A stretch of 64,000 bases of DNA from Octopus sinensis (lineage: Eukaryota). The notes beneath the pieces were generated by a model. That model saw only the letters and a list, made by a program, of their open reading frames with translations. It did not search any database and had not been told where the DNA came from. Location of the stretch: contig NW_021836291.1 of NCBI RefSeq assembly GCF_006345805.1, forward strand, positions 248,001 through 312,000, read 5' to 3'. Within the stretch, counting starts at the first letter, position 1; each line of letters opens with the position of its first letter. The position numbers were made by a program, and so were the translations under genes. Of this stretch, positions 63,400 through 64,000 are shown one piece after another.

Positions 63400-64000
63400 A
63401 GTTAAGAAGGTTGAGAACTCCTGGTTTAGACCATTGATTTTAGCAAGAACACGGGAGTAATGTTTACCGTGCGTATTCTTTAGTGCATGGCCATTGTCAT
63501 TTAGCATGTTTAGGGCAGTTCAAAGGTGTTAGGATTATCGCAAAACAAATATTGTGCTCCTTTTATATTTAGATGTTCTTCTATCGTGACAAAATTGGTT
63601 TCGCAGTGCAGATGCTCGATGGATGTTGATTTCAGACACCTGGATATAATGAGCCTAGCAATGTTTTGAACAGATTGGAGTCCCACAGTGGAGCTAGTAG
63701 ATAGACTGAGAACCCAGCTTAAACTTCCGTAGATTATAACGGGGCGGATGTACTGTTTTAGAATTGCTTTAAAAATTGTTTCTGGGCATCAGTGATCCGA
63801 CCACTTATTGCTTTTAAAATGTTTGTACGCCTTTGAGGGTCTATCGAATTTTTGGAGCTGTTTGATCTTTAGCTGATTAAGGCGATAATTTGATTCTACT
63901 TTGAACCTGTGTGCTAATTTATGACAGCGTTAATTTGTTTTATAGAGGACTTAGCAGAGTGCCCTGTTATCTGTTTCAGTTTGTTGCGAGTCTTCATAAG
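63400..64000 (-). mobile_element. Degraded I/Ingi-group-like LINE fragment running off the window
   Basis: KQYIRPVIIYGSLSW...LQSVQNIARLIISRCLKSTSIEHLHCET. Confidence 0.8.

Overview
AT-rich eukaryotic nuclear DNA, not prokaryotic. The SETD1, ADAM and EXD1-type genes are animal-like, and nearly all reconstructable introns are ultra-short (23-31 nt, GT-AG). This points by inference to a genome-reduced parasitic metazoan such as a dicyemid or myxozoan. About half the window is transposon debris: R4/Dong-like and CRE-like RLE retrotransposons, RTE and I/Ingi-like LINEs, Tc1, pogo/Tigger, hAT, a Helitron, MITEs and an intron-containing integrase. Between these are compact host genes: PAM16, VPS16, a dual-specificity phosphatase, EXD1-like, a DnaJ protein, p23/PTGES3, SETD1, a profilin-like candidate, an ADAM pseudogene and tRNA-Gln(TTG). 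The main observations are a LINE with a fully resolved twin-priming 5' inversion, transposase/integrase genes carrying host-type micro-introns, two tandem intronic C/D snoRNA candidates, an unspliced EXD1 3' fragment copied into a retroelement 8.5 kb away, a MITE with internal TTAGGG repeats, and an in-frame micro-intron that splits a catalytic Cys codon. All calls were made by eye; no database searches were run.
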